A stretch of 64,000 nt of DNA from positions 7,853 to 71,852 of the IMG/VR virus record IMGVR_UViG_3300028591_000190, one strand, 5' to 3'. The translations under genes and the position numbers were made by a program. The notes under the pieces are model-generated. The model was not told where the DNA came from, made no database searches, and worked only from the letters and a program-made list of their open reading frames with translations. Shown here one piece after another: positions 48,367 to 58,335 of the stretch; position 1 is the stretch's first letter, and each line of letters starts with the position of its first letter. This DNA is from a virus (taxonomy: Duplodnaviria; Caudoviricetes).

Positions 48367-49625
48367 ATGGTCGCCACTTCTGTAGCAGGATCGTTTTCAT
48401 CATATCCAAAATTAGTAGTCCAATCTACATTAGCATAATTAGGATATAATCTCTTTGCTGTAGATTTAAGTGCTAATCTAAATAAATCATAATTTGGATC
48501 GCCGGGATAACGATTAACACCTTTTTTAAGTTTAAAAATACCACAGGGGAATATAGGAGTTAAATGAACTGAACCAAGTCCTTCAAGTGATACATTTAAT
48601 AAAGTTCTTGTAATCAATCTTCCTTCTGGAAGAGTGCAAGTTCCATAATTTAAACTGGTAAATGGAAGCTGATTCCCACTTCTACTTTGTAAAGTATTTA
48701 GATTATGATATAATGCTTCAACCGCTTGATGGGCTTCTTCTTCTACTTGTTCCATTGCGAATTGATAAGCCTTAACATTATATTTATATTCAGGATCTTC
48801 AATAGATAAATTAGGATCAAATGGTGGAATTTTACTTATATCATAATCATTAGGATACAACCATTTCATACCTTTTTTATATGCTTTATAAAAAGATTTT
48901 CTCACATATGGAACCATAGTCCAATCAATATGAGTTGCGGCTACACCACCAAATTGACATAAACTTTGAAGCTGGAATATAACAGCAACAAGTTGCATAG
49001 CAGTATCCAAAGAACCAGCAGGACGAACATCAGTTTGTCTTGTTTTAAATCCCCTAGCTAATAAATCATCAAATGGAATTGAAAGACAATTATGCATTCC
49101 AACAGCATAAGAATCTAAATCATGAATATAAATTCTATTATTAATATGATTACGAGCAAACTTTGGAGAAATCAAATTTTTCAAAGCATACTCTTTAGTC
49201 ATAACACTTGTTGCTTCGCCCATTCTTCCACCAAATGAATATTCATCAACATTGGCATTTTGATTTTGAACATTTGAAGCGTTAAGTTTTTCTCCAATAG
49301 CATCAAAGAATGTAGACTATGTAGTTCTTGCTACTTCTTTTTTAAATCTATATCTGATATAAGAACGGGCTACATCTCTACGTTCTGAACGCATAAGATA
49401 ATCTTCAACTAAATCTTGTATTTGTTCTACTGTTAATATTTTATTATCAGGATGATCAAATAAAATCTTAGCAACAGCTTCAATTTCATCAGCTATATCT
49501 TGTGCCGTATCAGTTTCATATAATACACCATCAACCTCTAAAAAAGCATTGTTAATAGCGTTTATAATTTTTAATTTATCAAAATCTACTATATCACCAT
49601 TTCGTTTTTTAATTTTTACAGCCAT
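48367..49625 (-). CDS. nrdD: Class III ribonucleotide reductase, exon 1 (ATP cone, one TAG)
   Basis: ATP cone (IKKRNGDIVDFDKLKI) joined through TAG 49317-49319 to NVQNQNANVDE...IYIHDLD...HNC...LQSRSGNQLPFTS...EVAT. Confidence 0.92.
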
Positions 49626-49635
49626 ATATTAACCT

Positions 49636-49682
49636 CCACTATATATTCCCCTATTTTTAGGGGTCATTACTATATATGGTAT
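49636..49682 (-). promoter_or_regulatory. Tandem NrdR-box-like operators upstream of nrdD
   Basis: Minus-strand 16-mers ATACCATATATAGTAA and GGGGAATATATAGTGG resemble acaCwAtATaTwGwgt; cores are 31 bp apart. Confidence 0.65.
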
Positions 49683-49686
49683 TTCT

Positions 49687-50268
49687 TCAAGGTATCTTAT
49701 CATATTTTGTCCAACGAATACTATCTAAATAAATTCTTTGAACTGATTGTATGAAGTCTTCATTAGTTTCATTTCTTAATACTGTATACTCAAACGGCAA
49801 AAGAAAAAAGTCCTCATCATCAGCTATATATCGTCTAAATATTTCTGGTATATCAGGATTTTGTTCTCTCATAAGTTGACGGCAAATTCTAATCCTACCC
49901 GGCACATCAACATAATATACTTTTAAATCAATATCTTTATGAAGCAATATATTCTCTATTCCTTCTGGATTAAGAACTGATATATTTATTTTATCTGTTT
50001 TTAAATCCTCTTTTAAAGTTCCATAAAACCAATCATTAAATTCAGCAACTTCAAGGAATTTATTTTCTAATACCTTTTTAGCAAAATCTTCTCTTGATAA
50101 AAAATGATAATCTACTCCATCTTTTTCATAGTCTCTTGGAGGCCGAGTAGTGCAAGATATGGTGGGAGATAAAAAATTATCCCCACCTTCTTCAAGAACT
50201 TTATTTAATATAGTATCTTTTCCTGCTCCGGCTTCTCCAATAATTCCAATCATTTTATATTTCTTCAT
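49687..50268 (-). CDS. gmk: Guanylate kinase-like protein
   Basis: GEAGAGKDT P-loop, SCTTRPPRDYEKDGVDYHF, WFYGT. Confidence 0.85.
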   Translation of the reverse strand: MKKYKMIGIIGEAGAGKDTILNKVLEEGGDNFLSPTISCTTRPPRDYEKDGVDYHFLSREDFAKKVLENKFLEVAEFNDWFYGTLKEDLKTDKINISVLNPEGIENILLHKDIDLKVYYVDVPGRIRICRQLMREQNPDIPEIFRRYIADDEDFFLLPFEYTVLRNETNEDFIQSVQRIYLDSIRWTKYDKIP

Positions 50269-53200
50269 CTTCTGAAAAACCTTTCGCTCGTTCTGTTTGG
50301 AGAATTATATCTCCATTTTCATCTATTTCTGTAATCTTATATAATTGATGACCGATAGAATTAGCATACTTCTTAGCTATGAAATTATCTTCTGACCTCA
50401 TTCCCATAACCATAATCATGCTCCCTCTATTAAACCAAGATTTCTCAACTATATGTTTAACACCATCGGCACCTTTTTGAGAAATCTGCTTATCAAATAA
50501 TGCAAAATATTCTTTTCTAAATTTCACAGTTACTACACCAGAAGTTGTTAATAAACTTACAGTGCTTTTAGTTTTATTTTTAGCAATACAAGTGCCGCAA
50601 ATCTTACTTAATTTATATAATGTGATAATCTTTCCACCTTTTGGATATGTCTTTTCAACTACTGGATTTTCTGGTAAATCTTCAAAATTAACAATGCCAT
50701 ATTTGCCTTTATTTAAATGAGCCAACTCATGTTCGTGATAATAGAAACATAACGCTTCCATTTCCCAATGAGATATAGTGCCATCTGCGTATTTCTTCCA
50801 GTCTTCCATAAATATATCATCATTCAAGTTTTGAAGTATTTGCTTACCGTCTTCTTTTATCCAATTTCTAAACATATCCATCCAGCTTTGATAAAATTTA
50901 TCCCAAGTTTTAGCATTTAATGAATATCCTTCAAAGTCTTCAAATCCCAATTCAGCTAAAAAATTCATTGCTCTATCATCTAATTGATAATATTCATCTG
51001 CGGCAGTTCTTCTACATTTTGCTTTTAAGTAGCGAGTGAATTCATATACCCTCTTTGCCATTCTTTTTTCATCTGTATCTATTGGAAGCATATCTCTTTT
51101 AATTAGAGTTGGCAAATTTTGAAGGGTAAGTCTACTTTTTTTATCACAAGTTTCATATATGAACCAAGCCATACATTGACGACGGTCCATCATTTCATCA
51201 AATGCTCCACCTTTAATAAGTGAAATCATTGCAGGTTTCTTTGGCTTGACTCTTAAATAAAAATCTTTTGGTGATACAAACGGACGTTTTTCTATTGTGG
51301 ATTCAATTACATCATCACCCACATTTAGCATTGCTTTCATACCATACAAGATACGATTATTCTTTGCATCAGGTTTAAAACCATAATCAGATGAATTTAT
51401 ATTTACAAGACTTAAATTAATTCCTGCTGCAATAATTTCACCCATAGCTTTTGCTAATTTAGAATAGTCTGTTTGTCCTCCATTATCAGGATCAGTTGCT
51501 CCACTATTTACAATAAGACAAGCTGTATTCCAATAAATTGGATTCCAATTTGTTGCTATATATAAAGTTTGAACTCCAATAAATGAATATGCTAACGCGT
51601 GAATAATACTAAATGAATAACCCATCTGTGGGCCAGCTCCATATTTCCACACATATTCACCGAGTTTTTTACTTTTTGCTCTATCCAAAACCATTTGATG
51701 AAGTTCTGGAATTTTACTCATTTGTTTCTTACCAACAATTTTACGAGCCATATTTGCTTCTCCAAGAGAGAAATTACATATATTTTCATCCATTAACATC
51801 AACATAAGCTGTTCCTGGCTCGGCGGCACGCCATATGATTGTTTGAAATACGGTTCAAGACTTTTTTGTTCGTCATAATTCAAACCATAATTATCCATCT
51901 CACGATACCATAATTCAATATTCTTCTTATTCCGAACATATTTATCTAACGGACGCATTTCACCTTCTTCGCCCATCAGACGCATTAAGCCATTGGCATC
52001 TGCCATTTCCAATACATTCTGAGGAGCAATCTTCTTTGCCGCCTGTGCCCCAACGGGACTATCAAACTGGAACGTATTGATAACTGAAACATTACTTAAT
52101 GCATCCCATATTCTTTGATCTTCCAGAGGAAGAACATTTGGATGAAAATATTCATCATATATTTCTCTTAGTTTTTTATCTGCTGGTAAAACGCCATCTT
52201 CTTGCATTAAGTTAATACATTGAACTAATTTATCCTGAACTTCTGTTACAAGGAAATCATATTTTGTAAGTCCCATATATTCAGCATCGTGTAAATCATA
52301 CTGAGTTATAATTTCACCTTTCGGTGTTCTCATAAATGCACTACGCTCAAATGGGTCATTATCAAATAATATGACGCCTGATGCATGACTTCCTCTATGG
52401 TTTATTAATCCTTCAATTTCAAGAACAATATTGAGAAGTCCTGGATATTGATCAATTGCTGTTTTGAATAATGCAATCGGCCTTCTATCTTTATCTTTAT
52501 TTCCATAATAAGTTTCTTTAACAGACCAAGTAAATCCTCTTTCTTCTGGAATAAGTGATGATAAAAATCTCGCATCATCAACATCAATTCCTTCTGGATA
52601 ATCATCAGTTCTATATCCGCGGCAAGCTGTTAATATCGCACTTTTCGCGGCTTCAGTTCCATATGTAGCTATCAAAGTACAACCGAGATTTTCTTTTGCC
52701 CAATCACTTCCTTTAAGCCATTGACTTCTTTCTTCTCTTATCTTTTGGAGAATAAGAGGACGCTTTGATGGACAAATATCAATATCAATATCACCAAGTT
52801 CTACACGTTCTTCATTTAAGTATCTAAAGAATGGAAGATTCCATTCAATCGGATCAAGTTGAGTTATTCCCATAAGATAATGATTAAGTGCTGCACAAGA
52901 TGAACCACGACCAGCACCAACCATTGAACCACAGTCCCAAATTAAATCAATATAATGTTGAAGAGTATTAGGATAACGAAACATATTAGTTTCAAGTTTT
53001 TCACTAATAATTGATTTAACTCTTGCTTCTTCTTCTAATCTATCTAAGTAGGTATAATCTCCTGTTTCACAAGCATGAACCCACCCTTTATTTATTTCAT
53101 CAAGTTTATTCCAATTTTCATTTACCCAGTATCTATCTTGAGGATCTTTTGAAGTGAATAATCTACTCAATGTTGGATATGAATGTTTCATATCATCTGC

Positions 53201-54223
53201 ATAATCATTATTCACTCCCCACCAAGCTGATGGCTCATAATTCTTTACTGGGACTTCTGGAATATCTTGTTTATGAAACAAACTATATCTTTGAATTTTA
53301 TTTTGAATTTCTATTGTATTTTCAAAGATTTCATATATTTTTTCATTTTCAAATGAAAGCAATAATAAGTTTCCGGCTTCTTCAATATCCATTAATCTTG
53401 CAAATTCATAGAAATCATCAACTTCTCTTTCGCCTTCTTTTGACGTAAGATATGCTTTATGAATTGTTCTATATTCTTCTGTGAGATAATGAGCATCAGT
53501 GCCGACTACCATTTTTATACCATATTCTTCGGCAACTTCTTCTAATAATTTATTTGCCAATATTTGTTCTGGTTTATTACTTGGAGCACACTCAATATAA
53601 AAATCATCTAAGAATAATTCTTTCATTAACCTTAGAAATTCTTTAATTTTTCTATCATAATATTCAAATTTAATTTGTGTTTGTTCTCTAGTAATAATAT
53701 CTATATCATCATCATTTTCAATAGGAATGTTCTTATATCTTTGTAATAATAAACTTGGAAGTTCTCCTCCAATACAAGCAGACGTTGCTATAAGATGACC
53801 TCTACTAAATCGCTCAATAATTTCAATAAGTTCTTTTTTAAGTGTAGGAACTCTTTCCATACGGCGAGTTTCATACATATTAAACCAAGCTATTGAACTT
53901 AATTCACGAAGTATTCTATGACCAACTTTATCTTTGGCAATCAAAATAAAGTGGTAATATTTTTGATTATCACCACTTCTATCATCAATCAGATATATTT
54001 CATTTCCTAATGCGATTGTGAATTCTGGATGTTCTTTATATACTTCTTCTGCATATTTATTTACTTCTACATGCGCTCCCAAACATTCATGATCTGTAAT
54101 TGCTATTCCTGTAAGTCCTAATTCTATTGCTTTGTCAATCAAGTCTTTAGGTCTATTGATACTGTCTAATAGACGAAGATTTGAATAACAAGTATGATTG
54201 TGTATGCCGAAGTATCCTCGCAT
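50255..54223 (-). CDS. dnaE: DNA polymerase III alpha subunit (C family, PHP domain)
   Basis: HNHT...AITDH (PHP), GAGRGSS, DIDID, HASG, KYDFL, YSFSIIHA; 1322 aa uninterrupted. Confidence 0.93.
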   Translation of the reverse strand: MRGYFGIHNHTCYSNLRLLDSINRPKDLIDKAIELGLTGIAITDHECLGAHVEVNKYAEEVYKEHPEFTIALGNEIYLIDDRSGDNQKYYHFILIAKDKVGHRILRELSSIAWFNMYETRRMERVPTLKKELIEIIERFSRGHLIATSACIGGELPSLLLQRYKNIPIENDDDIDIITREQTQIKFEYYDRKIKEFLRLMKELFLDDFYIECAPSNKPEQILANKLLEEVAEEYGIKMVVGTDAHYLTEEYRTIHKAYLTSKEGEREVDDFYEFARLMDIEEAGNLLLLSFENEKIYEIFENTIEIQNKIQRYSLFHKQDIPEVPVKNYEPSAWWGVNNDYADDMKHSYPTLSRLFTSKDPQDRYWVNENWNKLDEINKGWVHACETGDYTYLDRLEEEARVKSIISEKLETNMFRYPNTLQHYIDLIWDCGSMVGAGRGSSCAALNHYLMGITQLDPIEWNLPFFRYLNEERVELGDIDIDICPSKRPLILQKIREERSQWLKGSDWAKENLGCTLIATYGTEAAKSAILTACRGYRTDDYPEGIDVDDARFLSSLIPEERGFTWSVKETYYGNKDKDRRPIALFKTAIDQYPGLLNIVLEIEGLINHRGSHASGVILFDNDPFERSAFMRTPKGEIITQYDLHDAEYMGLTKYDFLVTEVQDKLVQCINLMQEDGVLPADKKLREIYDEYFHPNVLPLEDQRIWDALSNVSVINTFQFDSPVGAQAAKKIAPQNVLEMADANGLMRLMGEEGEMRPLDKYVRNKKNIELWYREMDNYGLNYDEQKSLEPYFKQSYGVPPSQEQLMLMLMDENICNFSLGEANMARKIVGKKQMSKIPELHQMVLDRAKSKKLGEYVWKYGAGPQMGYSFSIIHALAYSFIGVQTLYIATNWNPIYWNTACLIVNSGATDPDNGGQTDYSKLAKAMGEIIAAGINLSLVNINSSDYGFKPDAKNNRILYGMKAMLNVGDDVIESTIEKRPFVSPKDFYLRVKPKKPAMISLIKGGAFDEMMDRRQCMAWFIYETCDKKSRLTLQNLPTLIKRDMLPIDTDEKRMAKRVYEFTRYLKAKCRRTAADEYYQLDDRAMNFLAELGFEDFEGYSLNAKTWDKFYQSWMDMFRNWIKEDGKQILQNLNDDIFMEDWKKYADGTISHWEMEALCFYYHEHELAHLNKGKYGIVNFEDLPENPVVEKTYPKGGKIITLYKLSKICGTCIAKNKTKSTVSLLTTSGVVTVKFRKEYFALFDKQISQKGADGVKHIVEKSWFNRGSMIMVMGMRSEDNFIAKKYANSIGHQLYKITEIDENGDIILQTERAKGFSEDEEI

Positions 54224-54247
54224 TTTTTTATTTTCCTTTTTCTTTTT

Positions 54248-54276
54248 ATTATATCATATTTTTTATTATAAGTCAA
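54248..54276 (-). promoter_or_regulatory. sigmaA-type promoter for dnaE
   Basis: On minus: TTGACT, 17 nt ending TGA, TATAAT. Confidence 0.8.
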
Positions 54277-54896
54277 ATAAGTGTATAATCTTTATCATGT
54301 ATTTCTTCTGCTATTGCACGCCAAATCATAAATAAAGCACGATAATCTGGCGGTATATATGCAGGTGAATAACACAATATTAGCTCATTTGTTTCATCTG
54401 CTAATTTGCCGAGATCGTAATCTTTGATTTTTTCTATATCTATCTTATCCATATAAGGACAATTTGATATATCAAAGATTATTGAATTATGATTACCAAC
54501 CCAAGTATAATGATTAATATTACCAGTATCAAGTAATCTCTTTACCCAATTACCAGAATTGATTTCAATGATGGGTTCTTTCCATTCATCTCTATAATTT
54601 ACATCATGATGATGGTCAATATTTATAAGATTAAATGATTCATTTTCTTCTGATAAAATATCAACAATTTGTTCATGACTTGTAATGAACTTGATATTAT
54701 CAGTTTTCATAGCTACTTCTGTAATATATCTTGTAAGATATTCATACAACCATAGGTTAGGTCTAGCTAAGTTAAAATATGGAAACTTTTCACAAATTGT
54801 ATCCATATCATTTCTTGGAGGGTCAATCATATCATTATATCCATCAATACTTGGCCCCATAATAATATCAAAATCTATTGTTGTAATAGTTTTCAT
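54273..54896 (-). CDS. Hypothetical protein, UPF0489/arginase-like metal-binding motifs
   Basis: TIDFDII, SHEQI, NIDHHHD, NSGNW, CYSPAY; 207 aa intact. Confidence 0.5.
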   Translation of the reverse strand: MKTITTIDFDIIMGPSIDGYNDMIDPPRNDMDTICEKFPYFNLARPNLWLYEYLTRYITEVAMKTDNIKFITSHEQIVDILSEENESFNLINIDHHHDVNYRDEWKEPIIEINSGNWVKRLLDTGNINHYTWVGNHNSIIFDISNCPYMDKIDIEKIKDYDLGKLADETNELILCYSPAYIPPDYRALFMIWRAIAEEIHDKDYTLI

Positions 54897-56091
54897 GCCT
54901 TTATAATCACCAATTTTTTAGATGCACGAGTTATAGCAGTATATAACCAACGAGCATGACTATCGGCGTTATCTCCTTTCAAATATTCTTCAAATACAAG
55001 AACCTTTTCAAATTCTGAACCCTGGGCTTTATGACAAGTTATAGCATAACCAAAATCAAACTCATTAGGTTTTAATTGACTAGGTATTTTTGAAAAATTA
55101 TTTCTATTTACAAGAGGCTCTCCTTCAATAAATAATTTTCTATCCATTCTAACATGACAAAAAGTTCCCCAAAGTTTATCTCTTTCACTATTTAAATCAT
55201 AATAATCAGGAATAAAATCAGCAAACATTGTAGGAGTATAACAAAAATTTTCACGATTTTTATATTCAATATCAGATATGACACCAGTTACACCATTAAT
55301 CAAAGAATCTCCATAAAAGTTTGCTATATTCCAATTATTACGAGTGCATATAATTTTATCTCCGTCTTGAGGTAAAGGATCCTCCCATCCAAATAAATCA
55401 TATCTCATTTGAGCATTAAGACCTATCCGAGTTGCATTTTTGGCACATATAATCTGATCGGCCCAACCTAGCACTCCCATATTATTACGATATTCATCCC
55501 AACTAATAACTCGGACATCATTGCCTTTAAAATATTTTAAAGGTTTTTTATCACGAACATCCATACTTAATCTTAAAATATCACTTGTATCTTCTTGTCT
55601 CATAACTTCATCAAGAAATACATGAGGATGCTCTAAGATACCATTATCTAATGCTTTTACAGGAGGTAACTGACCAGGATCTCCAAGAGCAAGAATATGA
55701 ATACCATATCCAAGCAAGGTTTCCCACATATGCTCAGGAACCATAGATACTTCGTCTATAACTATAAGTTTATATAGTTTATCTAATCTCTCTTTTACTT
55801 TAAAATAAAATGTGCCGTCTTTGCGCGGGATGGCATTATATATGAGCCGATGAATAGTTGAAGCATTCGGACATCCTTTTCTTTTAAGAACATTTGCCGC
55901 TTTGCCTGTATAAGCCGCGTAGCATACTTCTTCTTCTCGGTCAAGACCTATGGCATCAATTATAAAAGCCACAAGTGTAGATTTACCTGTTCCAGTCAGG
56001 CGTAGCCAGCAATACAACTATATAATTCATGAGCGTTGTATCTGGCCACTACTTCTTTCAACCCTTCTTCTTGTTTATTATTTAATATCAA
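54893..56091 (-). CDS. RecD2/Dda-like SF1B helicase, interrupted by a 5-nt insertion in Walker A (possibly a pseudogene)
   Basis: TTG 56091 with SD GGGAGGA reads ...IAGYA then TGA. Removing TGACT (55994-55998) gives GYAGTGKST. Downstream: IVIDEVSM, GDPGQLPPV, YAITCHKAQGSE, YTAITRA. Confidence 0.8.
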
Positions 56092-56127
56092 GGATTTATT
56101 TCCTCCCTTCTTTTATATTCTATATAT

Positions 56128-56156
56128 ATTATATCACATTTTTTATAGAAAATCAA
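56128..56156 (-). promoter_or_regulatory. sigmaA-type promoter
   Basis: On minus: TTGATT, 17 nt ending TGA, TATAAT. Confidence 0.8.
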
Positions 56157-56239
56157 CTTTACCCTCCAATTCGGTCCAAAAAATCGAGGCGACTTTTTTG
56201 ATTTTGGCGGACGGGGCTTAGGACCCCGACCGGCCCAGC

Positions 56240-56266
56240 AAAAAGGCGAACCCTTTGGCTCGCCTT
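56240..56266 (-). terminator. Intrinsic terminator after the DHH gene
   Basis: On minus: AAGGCGAGCC-AAAG-GGTTCGCCTT then TTT. Confidence 0.8.
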
Positions 56267-58022
56267 AAAAATAATACATCATTTTAGAATCATAGTCAAT
56301 TATATCAATTTGTGGTGTTAATTTACCGCCCCAAGTATTTACGGCACAAGTGCCTACAATATTCATTACATTAACTTTTCCTACTTCTGGAACTAAACTC
56401 TCATATTCTTCTATTGAGGAATAACGCTTAATAGCTTCCACTCCATTAGGAAGTAAAATCTTAATTGTAGGATATTTTTCTGGTGACATTATTTTTATTG
56501 TATCTTTTGTAACTATAATATCTTTGATTAAGATTTCAGGTCGTTCAAGGCCTTTACCCCAAATACTATCATAATCACTAATATCCATAATCGTGTTTTT
56601 ATCTATACTATTTACGTCCCAAACAAAATCTACTATATGAGATGGATTGAAAGTGCAATCTTTCAAATCTTCATTTGTATCTTTTATAAAATCATCAAAA
56701 TCTGAATCATAAATCCCAACACCAAATGCTGAGGGATGACCTTCGGCAAGATATACCGTGATTTGACTATTCATAAATTCTTTAAAATTTTCAAGTCCTT
56801 CATATTCATATGACCGAGCTGAACCTTCCCATGCAGGAGAACCATCAGGTCCAGTAGTAGGAGATAAAAGTAAGATTGGTTGTTTATATTTAGACAATAA
56901 TTGATTAGCAATTAAGCCTGTGAAGTTTCTATTAATACTAGCTGGCATTTTAACTGCGAGAATTTTATTCTCATTTAGTTTTTGCTTTTGTATCATATTA
57001 TCAATTAGCTGATAACCTTCATCTCTTTGTTTATCCTGTTTAGCTTTTATATTTCTAGCAGTTCGGCAGGCTTGTTCGGCCATTGTTTCCATCTACCCCT
57101 TATAGCCACGTTTTGTAGAAGGAATTTCTAAATCTGCTTTCCAATCTAACATCGCATCAAAGAATAATTTCTTTTCTTCTTGTGTGCCGCTTCGGGTAAT
57201 GGCATTTACTAACGGGCTTATATACCATCCAACAGTAAAAGGATTTAGTCCTCCATGATTACTTATTAAATAATCCTACATTTTACATATCTCATAAAAT
57301 AACTTATTATGAACGTTCTTAGTGCCGCGTTTGATAATTTCTCTTGTTTCAAAATCCCGAACATCCATTACATCGGCAATAATGCCGAATGTGGCAAGAT
57401 CGTAAAAATAATCTGAATAATTTTTATCTAATAGCTGGTCGATATATTGACAAAATTTTAATATCATACCAACGCCTGATAATGATTTTGTAGGATAATC
57501 ACATAACTGATTATTGATAGTCACAGCATATGGAGAATATTTTTCAGCATGGTGATGGTCAATAACTAATACATCAATCCCTCTATCATGAAGTTCTTTA
57601 TGAATATCATAATCATTAGAGCTGCTATCGGGAGCAATTACTAACTTTGTGTCTTTTGGAATATTATCTGTTAATCCATGTTGTTTTCCATCATGAAAAT
57701 CATATGAGATATTATTCTCAACAAACCCAGGGAATAACAGATGTAAATAATTTAAAAGTAAAGCTGCGGAAGTATATCCATCGCAATCACTATCAACTTG
57801 AACAAATATCTTATCATCATTGTTAATATGCTTGATTAACATTTTTACGCCTTCTTGCATATATTTGATAGTGGCTGGATTTATAATATCTTCCTAACTT
57901 GTATTTAAGTAATGATAAATATCATCTTTTGTAAATCCTCTGTTGGCAAATATCTATTCAACAGGATCAAGCATTATATATTCTGTAAGAGGAAGAAGTG
58001 AAGGTCTGATTTGATACTCCAT
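56265..58022 (-). CDS. DHH-family RecJ-like ssDNA exonuclease (585 aa, four TAGs)
   Basis: QVDSDCDG, IAPDSS, VIDHH, SGVG, GIIADVM, WEGSAR, AEGHPSAFG; track fragments joined by TAG; ATG 58022 with SD AAGGAG. Confidence 0.88.
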
Positions 58023-58029
58023 ATAACAA

Positions 58030-58335
58030 TCACTCCTTATTTTTCTTTGCTTTCATTATTTTAGCGAAATCTTTTATATATTGTTTTTTAGCATCTTTTT
58101 TAAGTTTAGAACTAGCTTCGGCTATTGTGCTAACAACCTGATTTACAAAATCAGCGCTCTTTTCTGCTTCCTCTTTAAAATATCCACATAATCCTACAAT
58201 ATCTTCTATATATTCAGTAAGAACAATTAGGCTTGTTAGCCCTTCGGCATTATCTCCACATATCTCATTCAACTTATTTATTGCTTTTACTATTTCATCT
58301 TCTTTATGCCTTATATAATTAGTTTCATTATACAT
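58030..58335 (-). CDS. Hypothetical protein (101 aa)
   Basis: Intact helical ORF overlapping the primase stop by one base. Confidence 0.6.
   Translation of the reverse strand: MYNETNYIRHKEDEIVKAINKLNEICGDNAEGLTSLIVLTEYIEDIVGLCGYFKEEAEKSADFVNQVVSTIAEASSKLKKDAKKQYIKDFAKIMKAKKNKE

Noticed and set aside
55994-56017. Track start MYCWLRLTGTGKS for the helicase
   Set aside because: No SD, and it drops the GYA half of Walker A; the upstream TTG 56091 frame fits the family better.
45271-56091. TGA also recoded (TGA before nrdG and GIY-YIG, and in the helicase)
   Set aside because: TGA ends many clear genes, and read-through would not restore the helicase frame.
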